A program made the position numbers and the translations under genes. From Chitinophagales bacterium (lineage in GTDB: Bacteria; Bacteroidota; Bacteroidia; Chitinophagales; UBA10324), in assembly GCA_025057275.1 (NCBI GenBank), contig JANWXQ010000105.1, forward strand, positions 53,943 to 117,942: a stretch of DNA of 64,000 bases, written 5' to 3'. Under the pieces are notes generated by a model. That model did not search any database, was not told where the DNA came from, and saw only the letters and a program-made list of their open reading frames with translations. Shown in pieces: positions 10,301 through 19,055 of this stretch (positions are counted from its first letter, which is position 1; the number at the start of each line of letters is the position of its first letter).

Positions 10301-10847
10301 GTAGCGTAATGACGGCTTCACTCAAAGCCTTGGCCGCAGGAACCCGCTCCAGCAACGCTTCGGGATATGTGACCACCAGTTGGGGCGGGCGGCCGGAAGC
10401 GGTAAGTGCGCCGAGCACCTGGGTGCGCAATTGCACATGGCTGCTCAGCAGCCGGTCAAAAGCGCCGGGGCGCCGAAAAGAATCGGTAAAAAAATGAACA
10501 TGCCGTTCGCCGGCCAGATGCTGAATGTCGTTAAAGAAATAGGCCGCATCCTCTCTGTTGTTGCAGACACAGAGCATATCGCGACCCAACTGCTCAAACA
10601 GGTAAGCGGCCATCCAGGCCGGCGCTGAGCCGCAGGCCTTGTGCAACAACACCACCGGTGGCTTTTCACCTGCCGGCGCCGATAATGCCGTCACAGCCTG
10701 CTGCACCGGTTCAGAAGAGCTAAACAGGCCAAGCAGCTTTTTGTTCACCGGAGGCAAAAGTAGGATGCTGCAACTTGCCGTAACGGAGCAGATGCGGAAT
10801 GCAATTAATTCATTGTTTTGCGAAAAATTTTTCCAATGAAAAAACAA
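7389..10847 (-). CDS. mfd: Transcription-repair coupling factor
   Basis: 1152-aa ORF with SF2 helicase motifs GDVGFGKTEVAIRAAF and LLIVDEEQKFGV, a CarD-like region (GDYVTHIDHGVGIF) and a TRCF C-terminal region. The longest ORF start at 10847 overlaps the divergent YceI gene. An in-frame GTG at 10748 is a plausible alternative start. Confidence 0.95.
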   Translation of the reverse strand: MFFHWKNFSQNNELIAFRICSVTASCSILLLPPVNKKLLGLFSSSEPVQQAVTALSAPAGEKPPVVLLHKACGSAPAWMAAYLFEQLGRDMLCVCNNREDAAYFFNDIQHLAGERHVHFFTDSFRRPGAFDRLLSSHVQLRTQVLGALTASGRPPQLVVTYPEALLERVPAAKALSEAVITLRCGQTVDQDELAQQMQQKGFAPADFVYEPGQFAVRGCIMDVFSYGSDLPFRIEFSSDNIESLRTFDPLSQVSEARHDFIRIVANTQQAAFRPGGVPLPALLPAGSVLWMANERFCLDRLDELAPRAETAQTPLNEAVDVTGSESKWIAAHELQQSWSAWPRITLTPDPAVTCRIAFNQSPQPSIHKQFPLLIEQWSKLQAEQYRILLFSDSRQQLQRLEAILEDLKAGITYQPVPFAIQAGFIDHDVRIACFTDHQIFDRYHRYRLREGYSQSRILALKLLAELNPGDYVTHIDHGVGIFSGLEKIEVNGIRREAVRLVYRDKDLLYVDIQSLHKISRYVGKDGTPPRVNKLGSAAWEQLKRRVKDRIQDISKELIALYAERRATRGFAFSPDTYLQTELEASFMYEDTPDQLKATRAVKADMEKSFPMDRLICGDVGFGKTEVAIRAAFKAVADGKQVAVLVPTTILALQHHKTFAERLSEFPCTVDYLNRFKTASEQKATLRKLEEGRIDIIIGTTALLGKRVRFKDLGLLIVDEEQKFGVAAKEQIRKLRTTVDTLTLTATPIPRTLQFSLMGARDLSIINTPPPNRQPIETEHIVMDADRIRDAIRFEVERGGQVFFIHNRIRDIDQIAELIRQLCPEYQVAAAHGQMKDEQLEEIMIGFIEHRYDVLVCTNIVESGLDIPNANTILINDAHLFGLSDLHQLRGRVGRSNRKAFCYLITPPASTLTEDARRRLRTIEEFTDLGSGFLISMRDLDIRGAGNILGAEQSGFITEIGYETYMKILDEALRELRRSQSEHAQLPEALPSVSECTVEADVELLIPDDYVSNINERLALYTELDKLQDEGELQAFAHRLVDRFGPMPQAVHRLMQAMHLRLLARRLGLAKVQLRGGIMKWYTVEDPDSPFYDSEAFSRIMQYVTTHPHRCQLVQRQKNMVITIRHVADFNQALRIFQELNAVGAEADSTAKL

Positions 10848-11420
10848 CTGCTCTTCCTATTGGCTGTGGGTTTGCTGCACCCGGCCTCTGCTCAGACCCG
10901 CTGGAATCTGGATGCTTCACACAGCAACGTGAAATTCACCGTCACCTACTCCGGTGTGGCGGAAATGGATGGCCAATTCAACAGCTTCGCCGGCACCATC
11001 CTTTCAAACAAAGAGGATTTTACCGATGCTCAGATTGAATTTACGGTAGACGCTGCCAGCATTGACACCGACAACGAAAAGCGCGACGAACATCTGCGCA
11101 GCGATGATTTTTTTAATGCGGAAAAATTTCCCAAGATGACCTTCCGCAGCACGTCGTTCCGAAAGACCGGCGATCGAACTTATGTGCTGGAAGGCGATCT
11201 GACGATCCGCGACGTCACCAAACGCGTGAAGTTTGACGTAAACTACGGAGGCACCGTACTGGATGCCCGTGGCAACACCCGGGCAGGCTTTGTGGCCCGA
11301 ACCACCATTAACCGCTTTGACTATAACCTGAAATGGAACCGGGTGGTGGAATCCGTTTCCGTGGTAGGCGCCGATGTGCAGGTACGTATCAACGTTACCT
11401 TCATCAAGGCCACCGGTTAG
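10836..11420 (+). CDS. YceI-family periplasmic (polyisoprenoid-binding-like) protein
   Basis: From the ATG at 10836 the product starts MKKQLLFLLAVGLLHPASAQ (signal peptide). It continues WNLDASHSNVKFTVTYSGVAEMDGQFNSF... and ...DEHLRSDDFFNAEKFP, which are typical YceI motifs. The track start at 10818 is a TTG. Confidence 0.85.
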   Translation: MKKQLLFLLAVGLLHPASAQTRWNLDASHSNVKFTVTYSGVAEMDGQFNSFAGTILSNKEDFTDAQIEFTVDAASIDTDNEKRDEHLRSDDFFNAEKFPKMTFRSTSFRKTGDRTYVLEGDLTIRDVTKRVKFDVNYGGTVLDARGNTRAGFVARTTINRFDYNLKWNRVVESVSVVGADVQVRINVTFIKATG

Positions 11421-11881
11421 CGGCGCAGCGCTTTTTGCTCAAACCGTTCCAGTTTTTCAATCCATTCCGGAAAAACGGGAACGGTTTGTTTTTTATCGTA
11501 GTCGTAGCAAACCATAACGCTCCGTGCACGGGCCACAGGTCTGCTGATGCCGCTTTCGCGCTGGCGGAGCTCGTATTCCAGTTCAAAACTTTTGGTTCCG
11601 ATGCGGGTGCATCGCACCGCTATTTCATGGTCTGCCGGCGTTTCTATCGGCATTAAAAAATCCACGCTCATGCTGGCCAGAATCACCGGCGGCTTTTTCC
11701 AAAGATGATCCGGAATTCCGGCGATTCGCCGGAAATAGCCCATGCGGGCTTCTTCAAACAACGTGAAGTAAACGGCGTTATTGACGTGACCGAGCAAATC
11801 AAAGTCGCTGAACCGAAGCTGCACCGGATGGATGTACGATATATCAGAATACTTACAATAGAAGAAAATCCATGAACTCAA
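11417..11881 (-). CDS. Acyl-CoA thioesterase, hotdog fold (YbgC/4HBT-like)
   Basis: 154 aa. VQLRFSDFDLLGHVNNAVYFTLFEEAR matches the 4HBT catalytic-Asp region. The TTG start overlaps the pepT stop by 4 nt, which suggests co-transcription. Exact start uncertain. Confidence 0.7.
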   Translation of the reverse strand: MSSWIFFYCKYSDISYIHPVQLRFSDFDLLGHVNNAVYFTLFEEARMGYFRRIAGIPDHLWKKPPVILASMSVDFLMPIETPADHEIAVRCTRIGTKSFELEYELRQRESGISRPVARARSVMVCYDYDKKQTVPVFPEWIEKLERFEQKALRR

Positions 11882-13128
11882 CCTCTATCCTCCCAGATGC
11901 GGCACAGGTGGATCATGGTTTCCATGGATTTCAGCATATCCTGTACACTGACCCATTCGTAACGGGAATGAAAGGCATGCTCTCCGACGAACAGATTCGG
12001 GCAAGGCAGGCCCATAAAAGACAGCCGGCTTCCATCGGTGCCCCCGCGAACGCTGACGGTACGGGGCTCGAGACCGCTGCGTCGTATGGCCTCCAGCGCA
12101 TAGTCCACCACCCGGGGATGACGATCCAACACTTCTTTCATGTTCCGGTATTGTTCCTGAACATCCATGCTGCAGGTGGCACGCGGAAATCGCTGCATCA
12201 CCTGCTGCACCAGCGAGCGAATCAGCGCTTCCTGATGCATCAGGCCTTCCTGCGTGAAGTCACGCAGCAGCAGTTTTACGGTAGCCTGCTCCAGGGCTGC
12301 CTGAACCGTTACCGGATGAATGAATCCTTCCCGACCTGCTGTGGATTCCGGGGAAAGCTGCTCCAACGGCAACGCATGAACAAAAGCAGCAGCCATGCGC
12401 ACCGCATTTTCCATTTTTCCCTTGGCAAAGCCGGGATGCGCGCTGACTCCATGAAAAACAACCGTAGCCAGTTTAGCCCACCAGGTTTCCGTTTCTACCG
12501 TGCCCAGACTCTCGCCATCCACCGTGTAGCCATAATCGGCGCCCAGCTTAGCCATGTCCACATGATCTACCCCGCGGCCAATTTCCTCATCAGGAGTAAA
12601 CAACAGTTTGATGGTGCCGTGGCGAACGTCCGGGTGCTGCATCAGCCATTGTGCTGCCTGCATGATAACGGCCACTCCGGCCTTGTTATCGGCCCCCAAC
12701 AGGGTAGTGCCATCAGCTGTGATGATGTCGTTACCGATTTGCTGCATCAGATCGGGATGGTCTTCCGGCCGGATGATTACGGAAGGGTCGCCGGGCAACG
12801 TGATGTTTCCTCCCTGATAATTACGGTGCAGAATGGGTTGTACGCCCGCACCGGTGAGATCAGGCGAGGTATCCACATGAGCACAAAAGCAGATGACGGG
12901 AACTTTTTTCGGACTGTTGGAGGGAATGGTGGCATACACCAGTCCGTATTCATCCAGATGCGCATCAGCGATCCCCAACTGCCTGAGCTCCTCCACCAGC
13001 ATGCGGCTCAGCACCTTTTGCTTTTCGGTGGAAGGCGACGTAGCCGAATCCGGATCGCTTTGCGTATCAATTTTTACATAGCGAAAAAAACGGCTGATCA
13101 GAGCCGGCGCCTCAGCTGCAAGATCCAT
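11878..13128 (-). CDS. pepT: Peptidase T (tripeptide aminopeptidase, M20B)
   Basis: 416 aa with FFRYVKIDTQSDPDS, CAHVDTSPD, LLGADNKAGVA, FTPDEEIGRG and GGTDGS. These are the PepT/M20 metal-ligand motifs. Confidence 0.9.
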   Translation of the reverse strand: MDLAAEAPALISRFFRYVKIDTQSDPDSATSPSTEKQKVLSRMLVEELRQLGIADAHLDEYGLVYATIPSNSPKKVPVICFCAHVDTSPDLTGAGVQPILHRNYQGGNITLPGDPSVIIRPEDHPDLMQQIGNDIITADGTTLLGADNKAGVAVIMQAAQWLMQHPDVRHGTIKLLFTPDEEIGRGVDHVDMAKLGADYGYTVDGESLGTVETETWWAKLATVVFHGVSAHPGFAKGKMENAVRMAAAFVHALPLEQLSPESTAGREGFIHPVTVQAALEQATVKLLLRDFTQEGLMHQEALIRSLVQQVMQRFPRATCSMDVQEQYRNMKEVLDRHPRVVDYALEAIRRSGLEPRTVSVRGGTDGSRLSFMGLPCPNLFVGEHAFHSRYEWVSVQDMLKSMETMIHLCRIWEDRG

Positions 13129-13168
13129 GGCAGCAAATGTAGCCGGATTAACCCAGGCGCCCTGCTCA

Positions 13169-14188
13169 TCAGACCGGACAGGTGGCCGCTACCCGTCGGG
13201 GGCTGATGCTGTAAGCGCAACGAAAATGCCCCTGGGGACAACGACGATGACCATGCAGTCCGCAGGGCCGGCAGGACAGTTGCTCTTCAGTTTCCAAAAC
13301 AAATGACCGCTCGCTCAGCGGTCCGAAACCGAAGGCGGGAACCGTTGAGCAAAAAACGGCGGTTACCGGCGCATTGACTGCAGAAGCGATGTGCAACGGC
13401 GCCGAATCGTTTACGTAATTCATTGCTGCTTGCTCCATCAGGGCTGCCGTTTCGTTAACCGACAGGCGACCTGCCAGGTTGATGACCCTGCGTGGTAGCG
13501 CAGCTGCCTGCCGGCAGATGGCCTGGCACCCTGCAAAATCGTCAGATCCTCCGATCAGCACAACGGCTTTGTCTGCCGGAAGCATGCTGATCAGCTCAAT
13601 CCATTTTTCCTGCGGCCATTGCTTGGTGAACCAGACCGATGCCGGAGCTAAACAGACAAACTGCTTCACATCCTGCTCCTTCAGCAGGGCATGAATGCGT
13701 TCCCTGCTTTGAGCCGACACGTAGATGCGCGGCCGGGCAGGCAGGGGATCGGTAAGGTGCTCAATCAACCGTTGATTGCGCTCTGTTTCATGAAGAAACG
13801 TCCCGTCTGCTCCTGCACCAATAGCATGCACCACGCGCCGGGTGTAGCAGAAAGAAAAAGGATTGCTGCTAAAGCCCACGCGTTGCCTGGCGCCGGAGCA
13901 CCAGGTAAGAAATCCCGAACTGGCAAACCGGTGCAGGTTGATGACCGTATCGTAGCCGGTGCTGCTGATCAGGCGGCAGAGACGCAACAATTCCTGCAGC
14001 CGGTTTTTCTTCTTGTTGAAGGTAAGTACCCGATTCAGGAATGCATGATGCTCCAGAGCGGTTTCGTTGCCCTGCTTCACCAGCATATCAATACGGGCAT
14101 CCGGAAAGCGCTGATGCAACTTTTCAGCGATGGCTGTAGCCAGAATCACATCGCCGAGAAAAGCAGTCTGTATAACGAGAACCTTCAA
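13169..14188 (-). CDS. Glycosyltransferase family 9 (LPS heptosyltransferase-like)
   Basis: 339 aa. It starts MKVLVIQTAFLGDVILATAIAEKL, the typical GT9 N-terminus. The C-terminal half has the NDSAPLHIASA motif. Confidence 0.85.
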   Translation of the reverse strand: MKVLVIQTAFLGDVILATAIAEKLHQRFPDARIDMLVKQGNETALEHHAFLNRVLTFNKKKNRLQELLRLCRLISSTGYDTVINLHRFASSGFLTWCSGARQRVGFSSNPFSFCYTRRVVHAIGAGADGTFLHETERNQRLIEHLTDPLPARPRIYVSAQSRERIHALLKEQDVKQFVCLAPASVWFTKQWPQEKWIELISMLPADKAVVLIGGSDDFAGCQAICRQAAALPRRVINLAGRLSVNETAALMEQAAMNYVNDSAPLHIASAVNAPVTAVFCSTVPAFGFGPLSERSFVLETEEQLSCRPCGLHGHRRCPQGHFRCAYSISPRRVAATCPV

Positions 14189-14294
14189 TCCGTCCGATTT
14201 GCAACGGGCGCCATGCTCTCCTTAAGCTCAACAGATGCTGCGCAGGAAACTACGGCGGAAGGCAGCCGAAAGGAAATCTTCCTGAAGGTTTGGG

Positions 14295-15134
14295 CTAACC
14301 TTCCTGTGTCGTTACCCGGTAAAAAGCGACTACTGTCAGCTCCTTGTCAACAGACTTGAGGACGTCAGCGACCGTCTTTTTGGGATCTTTAACAAACTCC
14401 TGACTGAGCAGGGTGTTTTCCTTGAAAAACTTGTTGAGGGCACCGGCGGCAATCTTGTCAACCAGTTGTTCGGGCTTGCCTTCTGCACGCGCTTTTTCCC
14501 GTGCTATGTCCAGCTCGCGATCAATCACCTGCTGGGGCACGCCTTTCTGGTCAACCGCTACGGGATTCATGGCTGCTACCTGCATGGCCACTTCACGGCC
14601 TACCTGCTCAACAGCCTCGGTTCGGGCTTTGTTAAGCAGCACCAATACCCCCAGTTTCTTGTTGCTGTGCACATAGGGCACCACTGCGGCGCCGCTGCAG
14701 GAATGAAAACTGCGCAATTCGATTTTCTCGCCGATTTTTCCCACCAGCTCGGCCAGGCGTTCCTGAATGGTGATGCCCTGGAGCGAAGCGTTCAGCAGGG
14801 CATTCAGATCGGCAATGTTTTGGTCAAGCGCCAATTGGGCAACCTGCCGGGCAAATTCGTTGAATTCCTCATTCTTCGCTACAAAGTCGGTTTCGCAATT
14901 GAGGCTGCAGATGACACCTCGGGTGCCGTCAGCAGTGGTCAGCGCAACCACAACGCCTTCCTTAGTTTCCTTACCGGCACGCAGGGCTGAAACCTTGGCG
15001 CCTTTCTTACGAAGAAAATCTATGGCCGCTTCCAGATCGCCTCCGGTTTCGGCAAGAGCTTTTTTACAATCCATCAGACCGGCACCAGTGAGCTGGCGCA
15101 GGCGGTTGACATCAGCAGCTTTTATTTCCACCAT
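14295..15134 (-). CDS. tsf: Translation elongation factor Ts
   Basis: The homologous N-terminus MVEIKAADVNRLRQLTGAGLMDCKKALAETGGDLEAAIDFLRKKG starts at Met44 of the track ORF (ATG at 15134). The upstream 43 codons overlap rpsB and were trimmed. Confidence 0.93.
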   Translation of the reverse strand: MVEIKAADVNRLRQLTGAGLMDCKKALAETGGDLEAAIDFLRKKGAKVSALRAGKETKEGVVVALTTADGTRGVICSLNCETDFVAKNEEFNEFARQVAQLALDQNIADLNALLNASLQGITIQERLAELVGKIGEKIELRSFHSCSGAAVVPYVHSNKKLGVLVLLNKARTEAVEQVGREVAMQVAAMNPVAVDQKGVPQQVIDRELDIAREKARAEGKPEQLVDKIAAGALNKFFKENTLLSQEFVKDPKKTVADVLKSVDKELTVVAFYRVTTQEG

Positions 15135-15168
15135 GCTTGTTTTTTCGGGTTTTTTGTTCAGGGCAGGG

Positions 15169-16020
15169 TTAACGCATCGGGCGGGAAGAACGACCACCGC
15201 TGCGCCGGCCACCTCCTTTGCCCTTGGGCTTTTCTGTGATTTCCACGTCCTTATCTTCATCACCAGCGGTTACCTCGGCAATCAAGGTTGAAGGCTCGCT
15301 TTCCTCTGCCTGTTCGCTTTCCTCACGCTCCTGCTGCCGCTCGGCCAGGCCTTCCACAATGGCATCGGCCAGAAAGTTGGTGATGACGGCTATGGACTTG
15401 GTAGCGTCGTCGTTGGCCGGTATGGCAAAGTCTACAAGCGTGGGATCGCTGTTGGTATCCACCATGGCCACGGTGGTGATGCCCAGGCGGCGAGCTTCGG
15501 CCAGAGCAATGTTTTCATGCAGGATGTCCACGATAAAGACTGCAGACGGCAGGCGAACCAGTGTGGAAATGCCGTTAAGCACTTTTTCCATTTTGGCTTT
15601 TTCGCGGCTCAGGCGCAAGCGCTCCTTTTTGGTGATGTCGCCGGCATTGCCTTCCGCCAGCATGCGATCGATGTTCTGAAGCTTTTTAATGGATTTGCGG
15701 ATGGTGGCAAAATTGGTCAGCATACCACCGAGCCACCGTTCGGTAACGTAGGGCATGCCGGCGCGCAGTGCGGCTTCGCTGACGATCTGTTTGGCCTGTT
15801 TCTTGGTGGCCACAAAGAGAATTTTTTTTCCGCTGCGGGCAATCTGGCGCAAAGCCGCTGCCGCCTCGTTGAGGCATTCCAACGTTTTGTTTAAATCGAT
15901 TATATGAATGCCCTTGCGCTCCATGAAGATGTAAGGCGCCATACGCGGGCTCCATTTTCTCTTCAAATGGCCGAAGTGAACGCCTGCCTCAAGCAGTTGC
16001 TGATAGGTAACGGGTTCCAC
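15169..16020 (-). CDS. rpsB: 30S ribosomal protein S2
   Basis: The product contains LLEAGVHFGHLKRKWSPRMAPYIF and LFVATKKQAK. GTG start. It carries an unusual charged C-terminal tail (see findings). Confidence 0.95.
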   Translation of the reverse strand: MEPVTYQQLLEAGVHFGHLKRKWSPRMAPYIFMERKGIHIIDLNKTLECLNEAAAALRQIARSGKKILFVATKKQAKQIVSEAALRAGMPYVTERWLGGMLTNFATIRKSIKKLQNIDRMLAEGNAGDITKKERLRLSREKAKMEKVLNGISTLVRLPSAVFIVDILHENIALAEARRLGITTVAMVDTNSDPTLVDFAIPANDDATKSIAVITNFLADAIVEGLAERQQEREESEQAEESEPSTLIAEVTAGDEDKDVEITEKPKGKGGGRRSGGRSSRPMR

Positions 16021-16049
16021 AGGAAAATGGTTTCTTGAGAAAAAAGAAA

Positions 16050-16448
16050 TTATCGTTTGCTGAACTGGAAGCGTTTGCGGGCTTTCTTGCGTCCGCTCTT
16101 TTTGCGCTCCACAGCCCGGGGATCCCGGGTGAGCAGATTGGCTGCCCGCAGGCGCGGTTTGATTTCCGGATGGTCGGCCACCAGGGCGCGGGCAATGCCC
16201 AGCCGGACGGCCTCCACCTGGCCCTTCACCCCACCGCCGGAAACGGTAACATGGATGTGGTAGCGGCCATCGGCTTCTGCTGTCTGCAAGGCATGATCCA
16301 ACAAGCTGTAATAGATGTGATGCGGAAAATAATCGCGGTAATTTTTTCCGTTGACCACAATAGCGGTAGTGCCATCGGGGGAAGGCAGGAGACGCACGCG
16401 CGCTGTAGCCTCTTTGCGACGACCTACCTTGATGGGAGCAGTAGCCAT
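16050..16448 (-). CDS. rpsI: 30S ribosomal protein S9
   Basis: 132 aa with GRRKEATARV, GGGVKGQVEAVRLGIARAL, LTRDPRAVERKK and the RKRFQFSKR terminus. Confidence 0.95.
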   Translation of the reverse strand: MATAPIKVGRRKEATARVRLLPSPDGTTAIVVNGKNYRDYFPHHIYYSLLDHALQTAEADGRYHIHVTVSGGGVKGQVEAVRLGIARALVADHPEIKPRLRAANLLTRDPRAVERKKSGRKKARKRFQFSKR

Positions 16449-16464
16449 GTATGAATGAAATTTT

Positions 16465-16905
16465 TTATTTGATCAGAACCGGTTTTTGTGCCGCAAAGGG
16501 ATGTTCCTGCCCGCGGAATACATGCAGCTTACGGTACATGGCAGCGCCCAGTCGGGTCTTGGGCAACATGCCACGGATGGCTTCTTCCAACAGGTATTCA
16601 GGCTTTTTGGCCAGCACTTTGGCCGGCGTGGTTTTTTTCAGCCCTCCCGGATAACCGCTGAACGTTACCATTTCCTTCTGCTGCATTTTTCTTCCGGTAA
16701 GCCGAACCTTTTCGGCATTAATAATGATGACGTGGTCGCCGCAATCTACATGTGGAGTAAAAACGGGCTTGTGCTTACCCATTAGCAGACGGGCCGCCCG
16801 GCTGGCAATGCGACCCAGTACCTGATTGTCGGCATTAAGCAACAGCCATTGCCGTTCAACGGAGCGGGAGTTGGCATGCTGCGTGCGAGATGTACCTGTT
16901 TTCAC
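16465..16905 (-). CDS. rplM: 50S ribosomal protein L13
   Basis: The product contains WLLLNADNQVLGRIASRAARLLMGKHKPVFTPHVDCGDHVIIINAEK. A GTG at 16905 gives a 147-aa product whose first 20 residues align position for position with Bacteroidetes L13 N-termini as I remember them. The track start at 16959 is a TTG 18 codons further upstream. Confidence 0.92.
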   Translation of the reverse strand: MKTGTSRTQHANSRSVERQWLLLNADNQVLGRIASRAARLLMGKHKPVFTPHVDCGDHVIIINAEKVRLTGRKMQQKEMVTFSGYPGGLKKTTPAKVLAKKPEYLLEEAIRGMLPKTRLGAAMYRKLHVFRGQEHPFAAQKPVLIK

Positions 16906-17120
16906 CTGAAGCAGTTTTGCCGTTTTAACGGGGCTGCGAAAGTAAACCGCTCCAGGCAAAAGACAACGACTTGAGGCATTATTTTTTTGGCGGACCTTTG
17001 TAACTTATTGAATTACAGGCCAAAAAAAGCTTGGTTTTTATTAGTGGCTGTCCCGAACACTCCTTTTGCCTTAAACAGTCCGGAGCCTGTGGTTGTTAAA
17101 TTGCAGCGCAGAAAAAGGTT

Positions 17121-18713
17121 ATGAAATCCTGCTACGACTTTCTGGTCATCGGTTCCGGGATTGCAGGTCTGACCTATGCCCTGAAGGCTTCGGAGCACGG
17201 AAGTGTTTGTGTCGTTACCAAAGGCACTGAAGATGAGAGCAACACCAAGTATGCGCAGGGAGGGGTGGCTGCCGTCTGGGATTTTTCGGAAGACTCCTAC
17301 CATCAGCACATTGCTGACACCCTGGATGCCGGCGACGGGCTGTGCAGACGTAAAGTCGTGGAACTGGTGGTGCAGGAAGGTCCCGAGCGGGTGCGCGAAC
17401 TGATTGCCTGGGGAGCGCGGTTTGACAAGAACGCAGCCGGCGAATACGATTTGGGCCGCGAGGGCGGCCACAGCGTTCCCCGTGTGCTGCATCACAAAGA
17501 CCAGACCGGCTATGAGCTGGAGCGCGTATTATTGAAACAGGCCAGCAGGCGACCCAACATTCGTTTACTTACCCACCATTTCGCCATTGACCTGCTTACC
17601 CAGCATCACCTGGGAGTGAACGTTACACGACGCACCCGCGACATCACCTGCTTCGGAGCCTATGTGCTGAACACCCGCACCATGCGTATTCACACGGTGC
17701 GGGCACGCCTGACGCTTGTAGCAACCGGGGGCGCCGGCCAGGTGTACCGCAACACCACCAACCCGCTGATAGCCACCGGCGACGGCATTGCCATGGTGTA
17801 TCGCGCCAAAGGACGGGTGGAAAACATGGAATTTTATCAGTTTCACCCCACAGCGCTTTTTGACCCGGGAAGAAATCCGGCCTTTCTTATTTCAGAAGCC
17901 GTACGGGGTTTTGGCGCCGTGCTGCGCACGCGCGACGGCAAAGAGTTCATGCACCGCTACGACCGCCGCGGTTCACTGGCGCCACGCGACATCGTAGCCC
18001 GTGCCATAGATAATGAAATGAAAAAACGAGGCGACGAATACGTGTACCTGGACTGCCGCCATCTGAATCTCCGGCAATTTATTAAACATTTTCCTACTAT
18101 TTACAAAGAATGTCTGGCTGCCGGCTTTCATGTGGCACGGGATCTGATTCCCGTGGTGCCGGCAGCGCATTACCTGTGCGGCGGTATCAAAACCGATGTG
18201 TACGGTCAGACGTCCATCCGGAATCTGTATGCCTGTGGCGAATGCGCCTCTACCGGGCTGCACGGAGCCAACCGGCTGGCCTCCAATTCGTTGCTGGAAG
18301 CGCTGGTATTTTCCCACCGCGCTTACCTGCACGCTGCCGACCGCGTGCGCACCGTTCCCGTCCCGCAGGGACTGCCCGACTGGAACGCCGAAGGCACGTT
18401 GAATCCGGAAGAGCGCGTGTTGATCACCTTCACCCGCCAGGAAGTGCAGAACATCATGAGCAACTACGTAGGCATTGTACGTTCCAACCTGCGCCTGCAG
18501 CGCGCCCTGCAACGGCTGGAACTCATTTATCGGGAAACGGAAGCACTGTACCAACGCACCGTTGTTTCGGTAGAACTGTGCGAACTGCGCAATCTGATCA
18601 ACGTGGCCTATCTGATTATTCGTTCCAGCCTGCTGCGGAAAGAAAGCCGTGGGCTGAATTACAACCTGGATTATCCCTACAAGAAAAAGGTTGCACGATC
18701 TACAGTTTTGTAA
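17121..18713 (+). CDS. nadB: L-aspartate oxidase
   Basis: 530 aa. FAD-binding N-terminus DFLVIGSGIAGL, then YAQGGVAA, HPTAL, GLYACGECASTGLHGANRLASNSLLE and RGLNY near the C-terminus. Confidence 0.93.
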   Translation: MKSCYDFLVIGSGIAGLTYALKASEHGSVCVVTKGTEDESNTKYAQGGVAAVWDFSEDSYHQHIADTLDAGDGLCRRKVVELVVQEGPERVRELIAWGARFDKNAAGEYDLGREGGHSVPRVLHHKDQTGYELERVLLKQASRRPNIRLLTHHFAIDLLTQHHLGVNVTRRTRDITCFGAYVLNTRTMRIHTVRARLTLVATGGAGQVYRNTTNPLIATGDGIAMVYRAKGRVENMEFYQFHPTALFDPGRNPAFLISEAVRGFGAVLRTRDGKEFMHRYDRRGSLAPRDIVARAIDNEMKKRGDEYVYLDCRHLNLRQFIKHFPTIYKECLAAGFHVARDLIPVVPAAHYLCGGIKTDVYGQTSIRNLYACGECASTGLHGANRLASNSLLEALVFSHRAYLHAADRVRTVPVPQGLPDWNAEGTLNPEERVLITFTRQEVQNIMSNYVGIVRSNLRLQRALQRLELIYRETEALYQRTVVSVELCELRNLINVAYLIIRSSLLRKESRGLNYNLDYPYKKKVARSTVL

Positions 18714-18755
18714 GCGTCAAAGTCAAAGCAGCACGGCTAAACGCGGAAAAAATCC

Positions 18756-18763
18756 TAACTTTG
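18756..18763 (+). promoter_or_regulatory. Candidate Bacteroidota-type -7 promoter element (TAACTTTG fits TAnnTTTG) upstream of the cold-shock gene
   Basis: Exact match to the TAnnTTTG pattern, 37 nt upstream of the csp ATG at 18801. I saw no clear -33 TTTG partner. Confidence 0.3.
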
Positions 18764-18800
18764 CAGGAAATCCATTAGTTAATAGTTTAAATTTTTTTCA

Positions 18801-18992
18801 ATGAAAAGAGGTAAAGTAAAGTTCTTTCACACCACCAAAGGGTACGGGTTTATTGTGGACGATGAAACCGGACAGGACATTTTCGTGCATGCCACCGGCC
18901 TGACGCAGGAAATCCGTGAAGGCGACATTGTCGTTTTTGACATAAGCCAGGGCAAAAAAGGGCCTAATGCCGTCAACGTGCGACTGGCTTAA
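18801..18992 (+). CDS. Cold-shock protein (CspA family, S1-like OB fold)
   Basis: 63 aa. It starts MKRGKVKFFHTTKGYGFIVDDETGQDIFVHATGL, which carries the RNP1-like KGYGFI and RNP2-like VFVH motifs. Confidence 0.93.
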   Translation: MKRGKVKFFHTTKGYGFIVDDETGQDIFVHATGLTQEIREGDIVVFDISQGKKGPNAVNVRLA

Positions 18993-19014
18993 ACCCTAAT
19001 GCTTCGGAACCGAA

Positions 19015-19044
19015 AGACCCCCGCCCCGCGGGGGTCTTTTTTTT
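19015..19044 (+). terminator. Rho-independent terminator after the cold-shock gene
   Basis: AGACCCCCG (19015-19023) pairs with CGGGGGTCT (19029-19037), giving a 9-bp GC-rich stem and a 5-nt loop. A run of eight T follows (19037-19044). It lies 23 nt after the csp stop and 12 nt from the convergent nadD stop. Confidence 0.75.
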
Positions 19045-19055
19045 GCCCGGACCCC

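Noticed and set aside
11872-13206. 444-aa plus-strand ORF covering the whole pepT locus
   Set aside because: It lies exactly antisense to a well-supported PepT gene. Its translation is low-complexity (His/Gln/Arg/Gly-rich) with no recognisable motif. Long stop-free antisense frames are expected in GC-rich coding DNA.
15135-15263. N-terminal 43 codons of the track ORF for tsf
   Set aside because: They overlap the 3' end of rpsB. The conserved EF-Ts N-terminus begins at the ATG at 15134.
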